Shown: one piece after another, positions 12,636 to 26,429 of the stretch
Layout: each line of letters starts with the position of its first letter
How positions within the stretch are numbered: the first letter of the stretch is position 1
DNA from: Camelus ferus
Lineage: Eukaryota
Assembly (NCBI RefSeq): GCF_009834535.1
Contig: NC_045697.1
Coordinates: 35,528,001-35,592,000, forward strand
Direction of reading: 5' to 3'
DNA length: 64,000 nt
The notes under the pieces: model-generated
What the model was told of the DNA's origin: nothing
Seen by the model: only the letters and a program-made list of their open reading frames with translations
Databases searched by the model: none
Program-made: the position numbers and the translations under genes

Positions 12636-13276
12636 TGAAAGTGAGCTGGACCCTGCGGGGCCTTGTCAGGGACAGACCTCTGTGTCCCTCGCCTCTTGTC
12701 TGTAGAAAAAGCTTTAGTCTCTTAGGCCTTCTATGAGTTCTAAAGAGTAGATTTAATCAGAGAAGTGAGAAAATGCAGAAACAAAGGAAAACAGTCAAGC
12801 AAGACAAAGTAATAATAGTTTAGTCATAAAACAAAGTCAAGGATCTTTAGTTTCTCCTCAGGAGCTGTAGATAATATCCTGGGCCATGTCCTTGAGTTGT
12901 TTTGCCCACATGAAAACCCCCACCAGGTGGAGGAAGTTAACTGCATGCTGACCACAAGGACATAGACCCAGACCATTGGAATCAGAAGGTTGATGACTGA
13001 GCGTCCCCAAACATCACCCTGTTACCTCGCCATCAACCAATGAGAGAACTGTGAATGAGCTGATCACACACCCAGTGACCCTCTCCCTCACCCTGTCTTT
13101 AAAAACCCTTCTCTAAAAGCCACCAGGGAGTTTGGGTCATTTGAGCGTGAGCTGCCCGTTCTCCTTACTTAGTGCCCTGCAATGAATGCTGTCTGTACTC
13201 TTCCTCACCACCACTGGTGTCATTAGTCGGCTTTGCTGCAGCTGGGGCCAGCAGACCCAGGGTAGGCTGGCGAATA
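12636..13276 (+). mobile_element. ERV1-class solo LTR inserted in an old L1
   Basis: Starts TGAAAG; CCAAT at ~13037, TATA-like tttaaaaa at ~13098, degenerate poly(A) signal; 4-bp TSD gatt/gatc. Flanking L1-like sequence resumes across the insert. Confidence 0.75.
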
Positions 13277-13519
13277 GATCTGTCTGTTTCTCTTTACGGT
13301 TCTGTCAGTTTTCCCCTCACATATTTTGATGATCTGTTGTTAGGCATATCCACATTTAGAATGATTGTACAAGAATTGACCCCTTTATCATTCAGTAATG
13401 CCTTCTTTATCCCTGGTAATTTTTGTTATTCTGAAGTCTCCTTTGTCTCAAATTAATATAGCTCTCCCACCTTTCTTTAGATTAGAGTTTATCTAATGGT
13501 TTATCTTTCTGCATCCCTT

Positions 13520-13880
13520 TAGCTAGCAGCTTTGTTTGTAATAGCCAAAAAAGACAATCTGAGTGTCTGTCAACAAAGTAAATGAGTATCCATACAATGA
13601 AATTGTCCTCAGAAATAAAAATGAATGAACTTTTAATACCTAGAACAACATGGAGGAATCTCAAAATAATTACACTGAATGAAAGAAGCTGCACCAAAAA
13701 TAAAAGACTGTATTGAAGGATTGCATTTATATAAAATTATAGAAATGCAAACAAATCTATAGTGACAGAAAGGAGACCAGTGGTTACCTGGGCAGGGGAG
13801 AGATGATGGGTGGGAAAGATAGACTGCCAAGAGGCACGAGGAGACTTTTGGGGGTGATGAATAGTTCACTATCTTGATAG
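13520..13880 (+). mobile_element. Old L1M 3' fragment
   Basis: Typical L1MB/MC 3' UTR motifs (gcagctttgtttgtaatagccaaaa; atggaggaatctcaaaataattacactgaatgaaagaagc). Confidence 0.75.
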
Positions 13881-16800
13881 TGGTGATGGTCTCACGGGTC
13901 AGTGTGGTTCAGAGAGGACGGAACAGAGCATTCAGAACACAGAGGAGCAGGGGCCTCCAACATTATACAGACCTACAGAAGCATGAGCAGTTCCAGCAGG
14001 ATTACTGGTGAATACTCTGGACTTCATATAAACTCTGAACTTTCGTAGCAAGAGAATGAAAATCACCTTTAGTTACCCATTGTACTAGAAATCAAGGAAG
14101 TGACTATTACAGCAAAGACTGAGATGGCAAACAGAATTAGACACTCAGGATGATTAAATGGCCCTAAAGGAGAACTAAGATTTTTTGAGCACCTGTTGTG
14201 TATCAGGTGCAATGAGAGATGTTTTACATGTATCATCACTCTGTGTTACAGCTTTTACAAACGCTATCTCTCTAAACCACACTACCTTCTGTTAAAGACA
14301 AGGATCAGGAGGATTTTATATGTTAAGTGACTTAAGGTCAATAAACAATAGAGTAATACGAGAAGTATAAAAGTATAAGAGATGAAATAAAAGAGTAAAT
14401 AAGAGAAGTGAGATCAATACACGCCCAAGCATAGAGTGCACGCCCAAGCATGAATGCAAAGAGTTATAAAGGTAACTTCTTATTCGACTCCTTTCGTAAC
14501 ATCAAGTTAAGATCCCCAAGAAGAAGGAGAACGTCTTCTGCAGATGGGAATTAAGACTGAAATTCAGTTACTCCTCCCACATGAAGATTTTCCCTTTACT
14601 TCCAATTTTAGAGAATTAAGATTTAATTTTAGTTAAGAGAACTTGTGGGGTCCTACAAATGACCTTGTTTCGGGTCTCTCAAGATGAAGTTGGGTAATTC
14701 GGGTAAACGCTACCATGACAGTTGGCTATGTTTCTCAATAAGAGGAATCTTGTTCTTTTACACATTTTGCAAAAGGTGAATCAATGTTGAGGGTGAGTGA
14801 AAGAGGTTGTGAGGTGCACTCATGGCTGGGGCTTGGACATCAGAGAATACATTACATGTTTTAAGAGAGTTGAATGTTGGGAGAGAAATATGGAGGCCCT
14901 TTTGTGGAGGTAGAATTATTTATTGAACTACTGATGATTGCATAGGCCACGGGAGGCAGGAATTTGATTAGCCTTTGCATTTAAATGGCCAGAAGTAGTT
15001 TTATTACTTCCAAGAAATTATGTCAGCGTTTATTAGAAAAAAGGCCACGGAGGATATGCCCAGAGAGTGTACCATCTTAGAAATCTTCTTTGGACTATGA
15101 ACTTCTTAAATGCTCTCCCAGATATGATAATCTAACATAAAATAATGATATTCAAGAGTTATGGCTTCAAGTTCAAAGAGTACTAAGAATTGGAATAGAG
15201 TCCGGAATAGTTCTGGATAAGATATTTGATTCGTAAAATTAGCCTGAATGTGGTCAAATTTATATAGGTGAGCCAAAGCTTAATGACATACATTCATTTT
15301 GTTACTTTAGACCCTGAGTTGGTTTTGAGAACACTGGTTATTGGTATTTCCATAATCCAAATAGCAATCAGGATGAAAGGTTTAATTCTCTACAAATGAA
15401 AAGAATACAGCATACTTTTTTTTTTTTTTTTAACAATATACTGGTTATGTTTTTTCCTCCTCTACCAGTTTCAAAAGTCTGGTATTATTTCATCTCATTG
15501 ATAACATATTTATCTCTTGGATTCCGGAATTTAGTGTGTTAATATCAGGCTGTCACACCTGGTCGGGTTTCAGCTTAACTGGAAACCCAGTAAGATGTTG
15601 GTCCTCATACATTTTCAGGTACTTTGTGGGCACTCTAAAAATACTGCTTAATGAAAGTTGGGATAGTTTAACTGGAGACCAGTCCCCTTGTTTTCAGTTT
15701 TTTAAAACTGATTTTTCCATTATTAATGCTGTGCTCCAAAAATATGGGAGGAAGGTGGAATGATCATTAAGGTTAAGTTCATAGCTGGCTTCTGTTTGGT
15801 AAACTGCATCGGCCAGTACCTTCTCTGGGTGCTTTCCCAACATGAAGCGTATTGGTAACATCACAGCTGATCAGCATCAACCCAGGAAATCAGCTGATAC
15901 TGGGTTAGTCGATGGGATCTTTCATTCTTACAAAAGTGGACTTTACAGAGTAATAGCAACTTATCCTGGCTTTATAAATTGTCACCATTCTAAGTCATGT
16001 GAAACATGATTTATAAAGGTACCCATGTGCTACAGGCCAATTGCTTGATTGCTGCTTTCAGAGATATCTCTAATTAATCATTATCTTAGATGAGTGCAAA
16101 CAGCTTGTAAATAGTTAGATACAAATGATTCTCTGCTGAATTATAGTGGGCTGGGAGTCACAGCTGCTGCAATAATTGTTAAGCATTTTAAAAGATAAGC
16201 TGAGATTTAGACAAAAACAAATTTATCATTTGTTTCTAAATAGATCGTTATTCTTGATTTGTGCCGAGAGTAATAGTAACTAGTATTTGCAAAGTATTTT
16301 ACAAGTTTATGAAGTACTTCTCATATATTTTAAGAGCTACTGTTTATTATGCCAAATACTGTGTCCAGTTCTTGAGATACATCTTTCCTTCAATCCTCAC
16401 AATTCTGAGTAAATATTACATTATCCAGATGTTAGCTTAGGATAAAGGAATCAAAAAAGAACAAAGGTTGGGAAAAGGTTGGCTCTCCAGGAAGCACCTC
16501 TCATTTATCAGCTTTTCCCCTTCAAAATGGGATTTCAAAGTCAGAGTTACCCAGTCACAGTCACAGAACAGTGAAATGTGAAGGGACATTAGAGGGGACT
16601 CAATCTGGTAAAAACGGAAAGTATGATGATTATGGAAAAATACTTCAAATCACACAATGCTGTGGATAAAAGAACTCTCAGTTACATGTAAGTAGGTGCA
16701 GGGCTTACACTGGACTTTGATCATCGGTCTGTTTCATTAACCTGTCTATGGTTTTGTTTGCTAGAAGTCTATTAGAATTTCAGATACAAGATTTGCTCAT

Positions 16801-17320
16801 TTTATATCTTTTTTCTCTCTCCTTTGCAAGTTTAACATATTTCCTGATGTTTTGGGAGGCAGAGGTTTAACTTGGGAAAGGACGATGGGGCTCTATCTGC
16901 ATTTCATAGAGATATTTGGTCCTTAAATGAAATGCATTCGCCCAAACCTCCACTTAGCTCTGGGGAATTCATCTGCCTTAAGGAGGGATGTTCCGCACTT
17001 CTCTAGTTACTGTTGTGCTGGGATAATATTTTGACATATTAATCTTTTACCTCTCTCTATTTCCCTGTTTCCTTTCTCTCCATTCAAGCAGAAAGTAGGA
17101 TCAGTATTAATTGTTCCAGGGGAGACACATCACAAGGCAGAAAATAGAGGTGTCTACGAGTCTTTTTTTGCTTTTGTTTTCCAAAGGCCTAAACCTTCAG
17201 AAGAAAGGAATTTCTAGATCTAGATAAAGGGTTTTGAAGAAACGAAAGCAGGGAAGAATTTCTCCAAACTGAAAGACTGAAAAGAGATGTTCTATGGTTA
17301 GAGGGGGTGAGGGACATGGA

Positions 17321-17342
17321 CACACACACACACACACACACA
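17321..17342. repeat. (CA)11 microsatellite
   Basis: Directly visible. Confidence 0.95.
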
Positions 17343-19051
17343 AACTTTGATGGTTTGTCAGGGTATAAAATTCTAGAGCTGTGGTATAAACCTAAGAAAA
17401 GACAAAGGAAAGCCCATGAAGGGCTGATGTTAAATGTAAGTATCCCTACGTCCCACCCCAACGGATACTAGCAGAATAGGGGCTTAGAATCAGAAGTTCT
17501 GCAGAGTTATAAAAAAGTAGAAGGTTCTCTCTCGGGGACACTGGAATTCATGGGTTGAGATTTACATCTACCATGCTAGCTAGAAAACATATCGTGTGGA
17601 TACATGTAGCTTTTAATGATGTTCATCAAAGAGTTAAGCAAACAAAATAGAAATAATCTAAATGTTGTTTGATGAACCATTATAATATATGTATGTATGA
17701 ACATTATTCAATTATTTAAAATATTATTTATGAGACTGCTTAATTAGGTAAAGGTGTTCAAAATATTATGTGATATGATATTGTTATAAAATACTATCGA
17801 CAGTATGATCCAATTTTGAGAGGAAAATATATATGTATACATAAAGAATAAACTTGAAGAAGATACATTACAGGAGGGACTTTAATGTTTTCCTTCAAGT
17901 TTTTCTTTAATTTCTAATGTTCTACAAATAACAGGCATTCCTTTTATAATAAGAACAATATGATGAAAATCATAAAATTAAATTAGTTTATACTTTGCAC
18001 TGAATGTGCTACACACTGCTTTTATGGAAAAAGTCAGGGAGAGAAGGCTCCTACCCTTCTCACACAATTCTGCTGGAAGGGGGACTGGAGTAGTCATCCC
18101 TTCACCTGCTGGGCTATTCTCATCAAAATTATGCTTAAAACAAGATCAGGAACTGGAGAAAGAGTGAAGAGTAAACAAATAAATTCTAAAAAATGAAATG
18201 AAAGACCTGAAAAATTAGAAAAACTAAATATGAATAATTTGAGATGGAGAAAAATGACATCCTTACACTTTCTTTGTTAGCATCGGGTCTTATATAAAGT
18301 AAGTACTTAGCAAATAGTGACCAAGACTGAAAACAAATAGGGAAAGGAAAGTGTTTGGAGCTCCTGAATAGAAAAAAGCTCTGGCTTATGAAGCTGATAC
18401 ATTTTCTAAATAAAACATGGGTGTATTAGTTAAGGAACACCAACATGGAGATTATTCAGTGTCAGAATGGATGAGAATTTTTTATAACAGAAGGATATGT
18501 GGAGTTCTGATAAGGAATTCTGATTTTGATTTGATAATAAGAAAGTTTATATATAATACTAGCATAATTGTAGTCTACATTTGGAGGACAACCAGATAAG
18601 TAGATGTAAAATATATTCTATAAAAACAAAAATTATAAATAGGGGAACACATTTAATTCGAATTGTGTTACACACGAACAGAATCTGAACTAGTGATTTC
18701 TTAGTGCTTTTTTATATTTAGAAAAAAATGTATAATAATCAAAGCAGGTAATTTAAAACCACACATTATTATTTAGAACTTAGACACTTCCTAGTATCTC
18801 TTGACAAATCCATAACATTAATGTAAGTTATAGTAATAGGAGATTAAATTGCATTGACTATAAGTTCCACATATTATAACTTCAAATTCCACAAGAAACT
18901 CCTTTTATTTGCTCTGATCAAATTACTTTACATTCAGCTGTTTCCTTGAAACTGAAAACCAACCTGGGATTCTTACTGACATAAAACATTAACTCTCCAC
19001 ATACTCATTGTTTCTTGGTCTAGTCCATCTTTCTAACATTAATTAATTAAA

Positions 19052-19213
19052 TATTTTATTTATTATTGTATTATTTAATAATTTTTTTATCTTGGCAGGG
19101 GCAGGGGGTAGGTAACTAGGTTTACTTGTTTTTGGAGGAGGTACTCGGGATCGAACCCAGGGCCTTATGCATGCTAAGCATGCACTCTACCCCTTGAGCT
19201 ATACCCTCCCCCC
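19052..19213 (-). mobile_element. tRNA-Ala-derived SINE (vic-1-like)
   Basis: Same head and tail organisation as the other copies; sits 27 nt from the LRRC66 donor site. Confidence 0.85.
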
Positions 19214-19240
19214 AAGTCTATTTTTTAAAATTGTACTTAC

Positions 19241-19739
19241 CCTTGGGTATATGACTGAGTTTATTTCTTTGAAGAATGAGCAACTTTAGAAATGGAAGCC
19301 CATTTCTCAAGCTGCTTCTGTGGCGTTTCACCCACGAGGACTTAAGACTGGGCAGATCCAATGACACGGAGTGGATGGCGTTGTTGCTGAGGTTTAATAT
19401 TTCCAGAGCATGAAAATGCGCGAAAGAGCTCAAGGTTACTTTTGATATGAGATTGTTACTGAGGTCCAGATGTCTTATAGTCCATTCTTCTTTTTTCATG
19501 TGAGTTTGTAAGAGAACCTTGAAGAAATTGGAACTTACAGCATCCACCGTGGCTGCTATCTGTGACATGTCCACAGGTATCTCATGCTTTCCAGCAAAAG
19601 AACAATTTGTCAGAAGATATCCATTCCACTGGCACTTGGAATTGAATAAAATACTACTTTTTCTAGATGGGTTTGTCATTGTGCCAGTAAAATAAAGACC
19701 TATCACCATGGTAATGACTCTCAAACATAGGTTTTTCAT
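19241..19739 (-). CDS. LRRC66: LRRC66 first coding exon (signal peptide and first leucine-rich repeats)
   Basis: ATG at 19739, 5 nt after acceptor ...ctctccag (exon starts 19744). Encodes MKNLCLRVITMVIGLYFTG...HLDLSNNLISK...LILQRNKLSHIPKG, which matches recalled LRRC66. Donor G|gtaagt at 19240; 499 nt, phase 1. Confidence 0.95.
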
Positions 19740-20015
19740 AATGCCTGGAGAGAGGAAAATTAATTGACTTTTTCAAAATAGCTTATGTAAAAACTAACAG
19801 CAAATAAGCAGAAAATTTAATTTTCAATTTAAGATTTAGGAACATTATTCTTCCTTGATTGCCCATTTAAGTGAATGTTTAATTTCTTACAAACTGGGGC
19901 AAAGTGTAGCTTGCAAAATGGTATACAGCTATAGTATAAAATTACATTTATGACACATTTTTAAAGAAAGAGCTCCCCTGATTTGTCAGAAAATACAAAT
20001 TCACTTGGGCCTCAC

Positions 20016-20160
20016 CTCTGTCTGCTCTTCCAGGATCATTCACCCTGCCGTCTGCTTAGGAGTGAGGGAAACCTACCAAGATTAAAGACTTCTCTGCTTC
20101 CTTGCTAGTCATTAGTACTGAGCAAAGTCTATTAGCTTATCTTACAGCACTGCAGTCAGC
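20016..20160 (-). promoter_or_regulatory. LRRC66: Putative LRRC66 non-coding first exon and proximal promoter
   Basis: Strong donor CAGAG|gtgagg at 20015, about 270 nt upstream of the acceptor at 19745. HNF4-like CAAAGTCTA (~20123) and a GATA site (~20137) lie nearby. The 5' end is not determinable. Confidence 0.45.
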
Positions 20161-22724
20161 CGTGTGATTTACCATGTGAGTAACAAGTCATCCAGTTACG
20201 CTAAACTGTGGAACTGTATGGGTGGAAAGTTCAACTCACGAGAAGAGACTCTTGATTTTTTTTTAATGACTAGAACTACAAGCTTTGTCTTTGTGGCTTT
20301 TGTGACTTTTCAAATCCTTTTGAAATCATTTAGACATATGCAACATTAAAAAATGGATTATAAAAAGGATGCTCTGCCTAGGACCCATGAAGATATAATA
20401 AGATACAGAAACTCAAGTAACTTTTTTCACCAAAGATCCTTGAGAAGCACTTAAAAGCTTTAAAACAAGTATCTATAAAGCACAAAAAGTAATTTAAAAA
20501 GAAAATCGAAAGGATAACTTTTGTGATGTGTTTTAATTAAACCAAGTTCCATTAAAAAAACCAATGTGCATACAAATAACCACATTATTCAGCATGTAGG
20601 TTTACAATAAACCGTCCCTTGCTTTCTGTTCTAATGGCACCACTCTGGTCCTCATCACTACTCTGCAGTACTAGGATGGTCTATTTTCCAGCCACTGCCT
20701 CTTGACTTTCCTTCTTGATTCATCCAGGTTTCAAAGGGTTACTTCCCCACAGTACTCTTCTCCTCACATCATCCCCCCATTTAAAATTCTCCTAGGGCTC
20801 CTGTAGTCCAAATCCCTCAGGCTGGCACTCCAGGTTTGCATTACTTACCTAACTTTATGAACTAGTTTTAAAAGTACATGTGGAGCAAATACAAGATGCG
20901 GCTTCTGTACCTCAGTATATATATATGTAGATCTCATGCAAAAATGAGCTTTTAGTTCACTCCAATTCCAAGCCCAATGCCTTTTCCTCCCCTCAGTCCA
21001 AATCCTACATATATCCTTCCAGATCCATCACAGACCCTATGGCCTGAAGACCCTTTTTCCTGCTTTGGCCTCTATTTGCACCTTATGTCTTCAGAAATCT
21101 TTCAGTGAATATTTATTAAATGAATGAATGAATGCATGTTTGTAACATTCAGTTTGACAGAACATTAATACTATCCCACATTGTTATTGCTTTGCTTTGT
21201 GTCTTTTTTAAACACCTCAAAAGACTAAGCTCCCAGAGGGTAAGAGCCATGTATAGATAGATAAAATTTCCCCCCATGTTTTATATTTTTAATAGTCCTC
21301 AGTCTGTCATTATATATATATGGCTCCATCACCTCTCTCTCTCTCTCTCTCTCTCATCTCATCTCATCTATGTATTTTCCCCCATGTTTTCTGTTTTCAA
21401 TAGTCTGCAGTCTGTCATCAGGCTACACTCTGCTTGGATAAATGAATGATGGAGTGAATGAAATTTACCATGTAACTTTTAAAACTTTGGTTTCATACAA
21501 GGTCAATTCTCCCATGTTTTGAAGGGCATCTAAATTCAGGTACGTGTGATCATGAACTGCAAAGGTGCCCTACACCATGGAGGAGTGACTTATCTTTAAA
21601 GTGTGCCTTTCATGCAATATCAGAAATTGAATTAATTTGTATAGTCAGAAAGATATTTGTTATTATATTCAAAGCTGCAGTCATTATATATACATACAAT
21701 TATATAGCAAGCTAATGGAACATCAGCAACAAAACAGTTATCATCCACAGGCATATTTCAAAATTGAACAGAAACATGTGGTTGAAAAATACTTCTTAAG
21801 GAGACTTAAGTTAAAGATTTTCATTGACCTGATTCTTTCTATGAAGAGATTTATCTATAATTAATAGATGTGAGTTCAAAACAACTAGATAAGGATACTC
21901 ATATCTTAAAGTGAAAAGTATTAATTTGTAAAGAAAAAAAATATATATACACACTACACACAAACATATGTATTAGGTAAGGAACACCCGAGAACTTCAG
22001 AAAAATCTTCTGAGGAAACTGGAGATAATTAGGTGAAATGTTAAATCTTTAAATAGATATATTCGAGCTGAAGTATGAGGAAGCAGTTAGGAACACTGGG
22101 CGTGTGTGTGTCAGACAGCGAGACAGGGAGAAGGCAGTATCAAAAACAGAAAGTAGAAAGGAAATGAAAGTCCATTCTTACATAAAACAAAGAGAAGTTA
22201 AAACAATTAGAAGTCAAAAACCCAAAGAGGCTAGTTTTGCTAAGATGTAGAAAGAACACAATAGGAACACTGTTCCTAAGGCATACCTTTGGTCCTCCAG
22301 GAGTTTTCAAATGGGTCTCTCTCTGAATCAGCCAGGTGGGGATTTTAGACCTGAGCCTTTGAGGCTCCACCCATCCGCCCTGGAGCCTGCCCTGTAATAA
22401 AACTTCAACCCCTTCATCTCCAGACTCTGGCCTCTTGCCCTGGTGACAGCAGTGACAGTGACACAGAGTGTGGTATACAATTCTGGGCATACTAGGGGGA
22501 AAGCCGCCGGAGAGAGGCATCCTGCAGTGCACGGAGGGCAAGACTTTCCAGACTGGGACTGCACAGCTTCTAATTCCGAGCTCTAGGATTCCAGAGACAT
22601 TACATAAATTCTGGTAGTGTCCAAATTCTCAAGCTAAATTTACATTCAGCACGTTTATATGATTAAGCAGAAACCTGGAATATTTTAACAATTAAAAAAT
22701 TAACAGCAAACAATTTACAGAATC

Positions 22725-22730
22725 TTTATT
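22725..22730 (-). terminator. SGCB: Candidate distal SGCB polyadenylation signal AATAAA (about 2.9 kb 3' UTR)
   Basis: AATAAA on the minus strand followed by a GU/U-rich tract (gattctgtaaattgtttgctgttaatttttt). A proximal AATAAA also occurs at 25248-25253. Confidence 0.5.
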
Positions 22731-25648
22731 GTTAACAGAGGTCATTAATAGTTACTACAAACTGAATTAACTGAAAGTCAAATCAGTAACTTGAAACAAA
22801 TTTATAGGTTTATTTTTGTACAGCATAATTTGTAATCTTCACCCCCTCAACACTTTAAAAAAGATTACTAAAATTATCAGCATTTTAATGGTCTCCGTTT
22901 TCTGTCAAATTTAGCACCACAACATTCTCACTCTCTTAAAAAAAACCCCTCAAAACTAGGTAGAGCTTCTATCTTTCATTCAAAACTATCACACACAATT
23001 TATTTTGTTTTTTCATAATGCAAAAAGAATACAAAAAGTATATTTTCAAATATTACAGACCATACATAGACAGTCCTGTGTGTTGTTTTGCATTTTTCCC
23101 ATCTGCCCATTAGACAGCCTCTAAAATACCTTGCTTTTATTTCACTTGTCCCCCTTATTATCGCAATCTACCTCCAAAGTGTGGTAGTCACTCAAACAAG
23201 CACGTGTCTGCCCTGCTCTCCTGGGTGCCTGTCTTTGTCCTCCACCTCCTCCCGGTCTGCTGCCTGCCATGTCAGCACTCGATGCAGGGGAGGAATCAGC
23301 AGAAAGAGGAAAAGTTAACATTTCAGTTTAGAGAAAAATACCATCTGATGGTGAAAATGAACAGCTGAGGCTTTACTGTAATGCAAAATAGGTCACAGGT
23401 GAAATGGACTTGTTTGTTCTTGTTCTGTTTCAGTGAAAAAGCAAAGGCTACCTGTAAAGTGTCCTAAAATACTATACCTGTTACCTTAACAATCAGTTCT
23501 TTAAAAACATTAAAATATCCTCTCATGTCAAAAGCACTTAATGGAGATGTATCAAAAGCAAGTTTCTCAGAGGAGCAAAAATAGATTATTTCGTGAATCA
23601 CATTCAATAAATAATACTTTGTAACACAGTATTCTGTGGTTTTTGTAAAAATATTTTATCTAAACAAACTTTCAAAACAAATCTAAATAGAGCAGACAAG
23701 TAATGAGTGTAAAATTTACAAATACACTGAGTATCTGAATGAAAATTCCAATGGATTTTCTCTGAGTATCATTCAGATATTAAGTGGTTCTGAACATCAC
23801 TACAACTAATAACAACCAGAAGTCACAAATTTCACTCTCTCTTTTTTCTTGACTTAAAAACTGCACTCAGTATTGGAAGTTAGTCAACCTCTACTTTAGG
23901 ATAGTTTCATGACTATTCATAATCTCTAAGGTATTTGGTTTTTCTATCAGAGAGAACTGTGGCAATATTGAATGCAAATTGTTTTTTGTATTGATTTTTT
24001 ATCTACATGGTTCAAAGTGACCAGGACAGAATATTGTTACACTTGAATGCAGACTGGGGCCTATGATTTATCACTATTGCCTACTTTACACCACACTACT
24101 TTGAGGTCTCTATTCCTGATGCTGTGTATGTCTTAATAATACCAAAGAGTTCCTTTCAAGTCAGATATAAAATACATTGCAAATCAACTGGCTTGAGGTT
24201 GTAAATCATTACAATGGGTGGTGATGTTAGGAGCAGAGATTAATTCTCATACTTACATAAAATTCCTTATATTATTTCCTGCATTAGCACCATTTAGTCC
24301 AGTGCTTCCTGACTTTTTTCAAGGTATGGCATAGATAGAAAAGGGTATTATCTATATGGCAAGCTAGGGGAAACGCACCAGTCATTCCCGGCCAGCAGGA
24401 CTTGCCCGGAGCATGGCCTCCCCAACTCCCCACTGTACTTTCCTGAGGGTGGAGGGTACACATATCTTGGCAACCCTTTTACCCATTCAGGTACCCCAGT
24501 TGGGAAAAGCAGGTAACCCACAACTAGGCCAATTTGACCTCTCTATATTATTTTGGAACTGGCTGGAGATAGTTTAAAACCTGACAGTGATTGGTCATTT
24601 TTTTGACAAGAGATTGATTTATTTTCTCTTAACTAAAGTAAGCATACCTGTTTTGTTTGAGCCTTATCTGCTTAGGTAAGTTTGAATTAGTCTTTATTCA
24701 TCTTTCTAGAGTTTTAAATGATTAAAACTTCAGTGCAGACAGAGAAAAAGATGCAGTATTTAGAAATAGGTACATCTAGGTTTGAACCATACCTGAATTC
24801 CAATCCTAACTTTGCTCTTTCCTCTGTGACATTAGGCAAGTTTCTTAACTTCCCTGATCCTCAGTTTCCTAATGGGTAAAACTGGGACAGTAAGACCTGC
24901 TTACAGAGTTGTGGTGAGATTAGAGACACTGCATGTGCAATGCCTAGGACAATGCTGGGCAGTGTGGGATGCTCAACCAATGACGGCTCTCATCATTATT
25001 TAACAGCTAAAGCTGAGATGCTGCTTAAATTTCTACCACATTATGAACACAATATTCATCAATATTTAACGAGTAAACATTCTATTAGAGTATTTTCTTC
25101 TTGGTGCAAAACTAAGGAACCGTAGTTTCTTACCACCTCCCAGATGTGAAGTTCTTTAATGACTTCACTTGCATGCGAGAATATGGCTGAAAGTTAATGC
25201 ACTAAAAATCTCTTTCCTCTTAGAAGCCAAAAGACAGAGCATGTAACGTTTATTGACGGTGTACCTTTAAACATCCGGAGTGGGTCTATCCCCATTAGTT
25301 ACCAAAGCTTACTCAGAGTGAGTCTAAACAGTTGCTTCAGCCCTTTAACCTTTAGACAAGGAATAGTGGAATTTTAAAAACACTGCTTTAAAGATCAGTT
25401 TTGATTGTGTTCCTTCTCAATTATTTTAGAGAACTGCAAAATGAAGATCAGTGCAACTTAATGAAATGTATTAGATTTAGGCTCTCTGAGAATATTTTAA
25501 ACATGGAGATTACACAATACATACAGCAGTGCTCTGCAGACAAAATAATTACAAGTTATCACAAACTCTGTAAAAACATGATTTGCATGCCCACCCTTAA
25601 AAAAAAGTCAAGTCAAAATGTGAGGGTACTGAGACCTCTCGGGGTCTT

Positions 25649-25852
25649 CTAACGAGTGTCTCCGCAGGGGCTGTCTGCAGTTTGGCACCCCATGTTCTGG
25701 CCTGTCACCTGCACTTTGAAGAGGGTTCCGTCAGCGCACACGCAGAGCTTGTAGCGCACCCAGTCCCCTCCGGCCGGCGGGTCTCCGCTGGAGGAGCTAG
25801 GGAGGCGGGCTGGGCTGACCATCACAGTGCCATTTAGGATGATGCTGTTTTC
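25649..25852 (-). CDS. SGCB: Beta-sarcoglycan exon 6, coding part (Cys-rich C-terminus)
   Basis: ttaacag| ENSIILNGTVMVSPARLPSSSSGDPPAGGDWVRYKLCVCADGTLFKVQVTGQNMGCQTADSPCGDTR TAG; 204 nt. Total CDS 969 nt = 322 aa. Confidence 0.97.
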   Translation of the reverse strand, partial: ENSIILNGTVMVSPARLPSSSSGDPPAGGDWVRYKLCVCADGTLFKVQVTGQNMGCQTADSPCGDTR

Positions 25853-26429
25853 CTGTTAAGCGAATAAGCATATGGTTTATTTACATCCACATGTAGGGAC
25901 AGAAAAAATTAATAAACAAAACTTTCGAGAATATTAGCAAGAACAGAAGGCACTAAGACGTTATACAGTCATGACCAAAACAACAAAGAAAACAAAACCA
26001 ATCAAGATTCAACTAGTGACCTCTTAGTAATTGTTCATAATGTCTATCAATACACTTGTTAACACAATTTATTTCTCAATTAGTTAAAAATTATATCAAA
26101 ATTTCTAAGTGCATAATAAGCCTGATGCTGATAGAGTCTCAGATGATATTCACTTGTTACTTCCTAAGAGAGTTTTAACAAAGTTACTGACTGAACAGTT
26201 TCTCACAAGACTGTTATCCTCTGACAGAAAATTTTAACTTCCAATGTTTTTTTGCAACACTGTAAATGAAGATTTAAGCCATATAATTTTAAAGACTAGG
26301 CACTCAAAGAAAACTGCCTGGAGGTTCTCATCTTCAAGGCCACTTTCCTAGGAACACTCTCGTATTGCAGATCCTTTCTTTTTTGGAACTCCTAAACCTC
26401 TCTCTCTCTTCTGTCCTTTTCTTCTCTTT

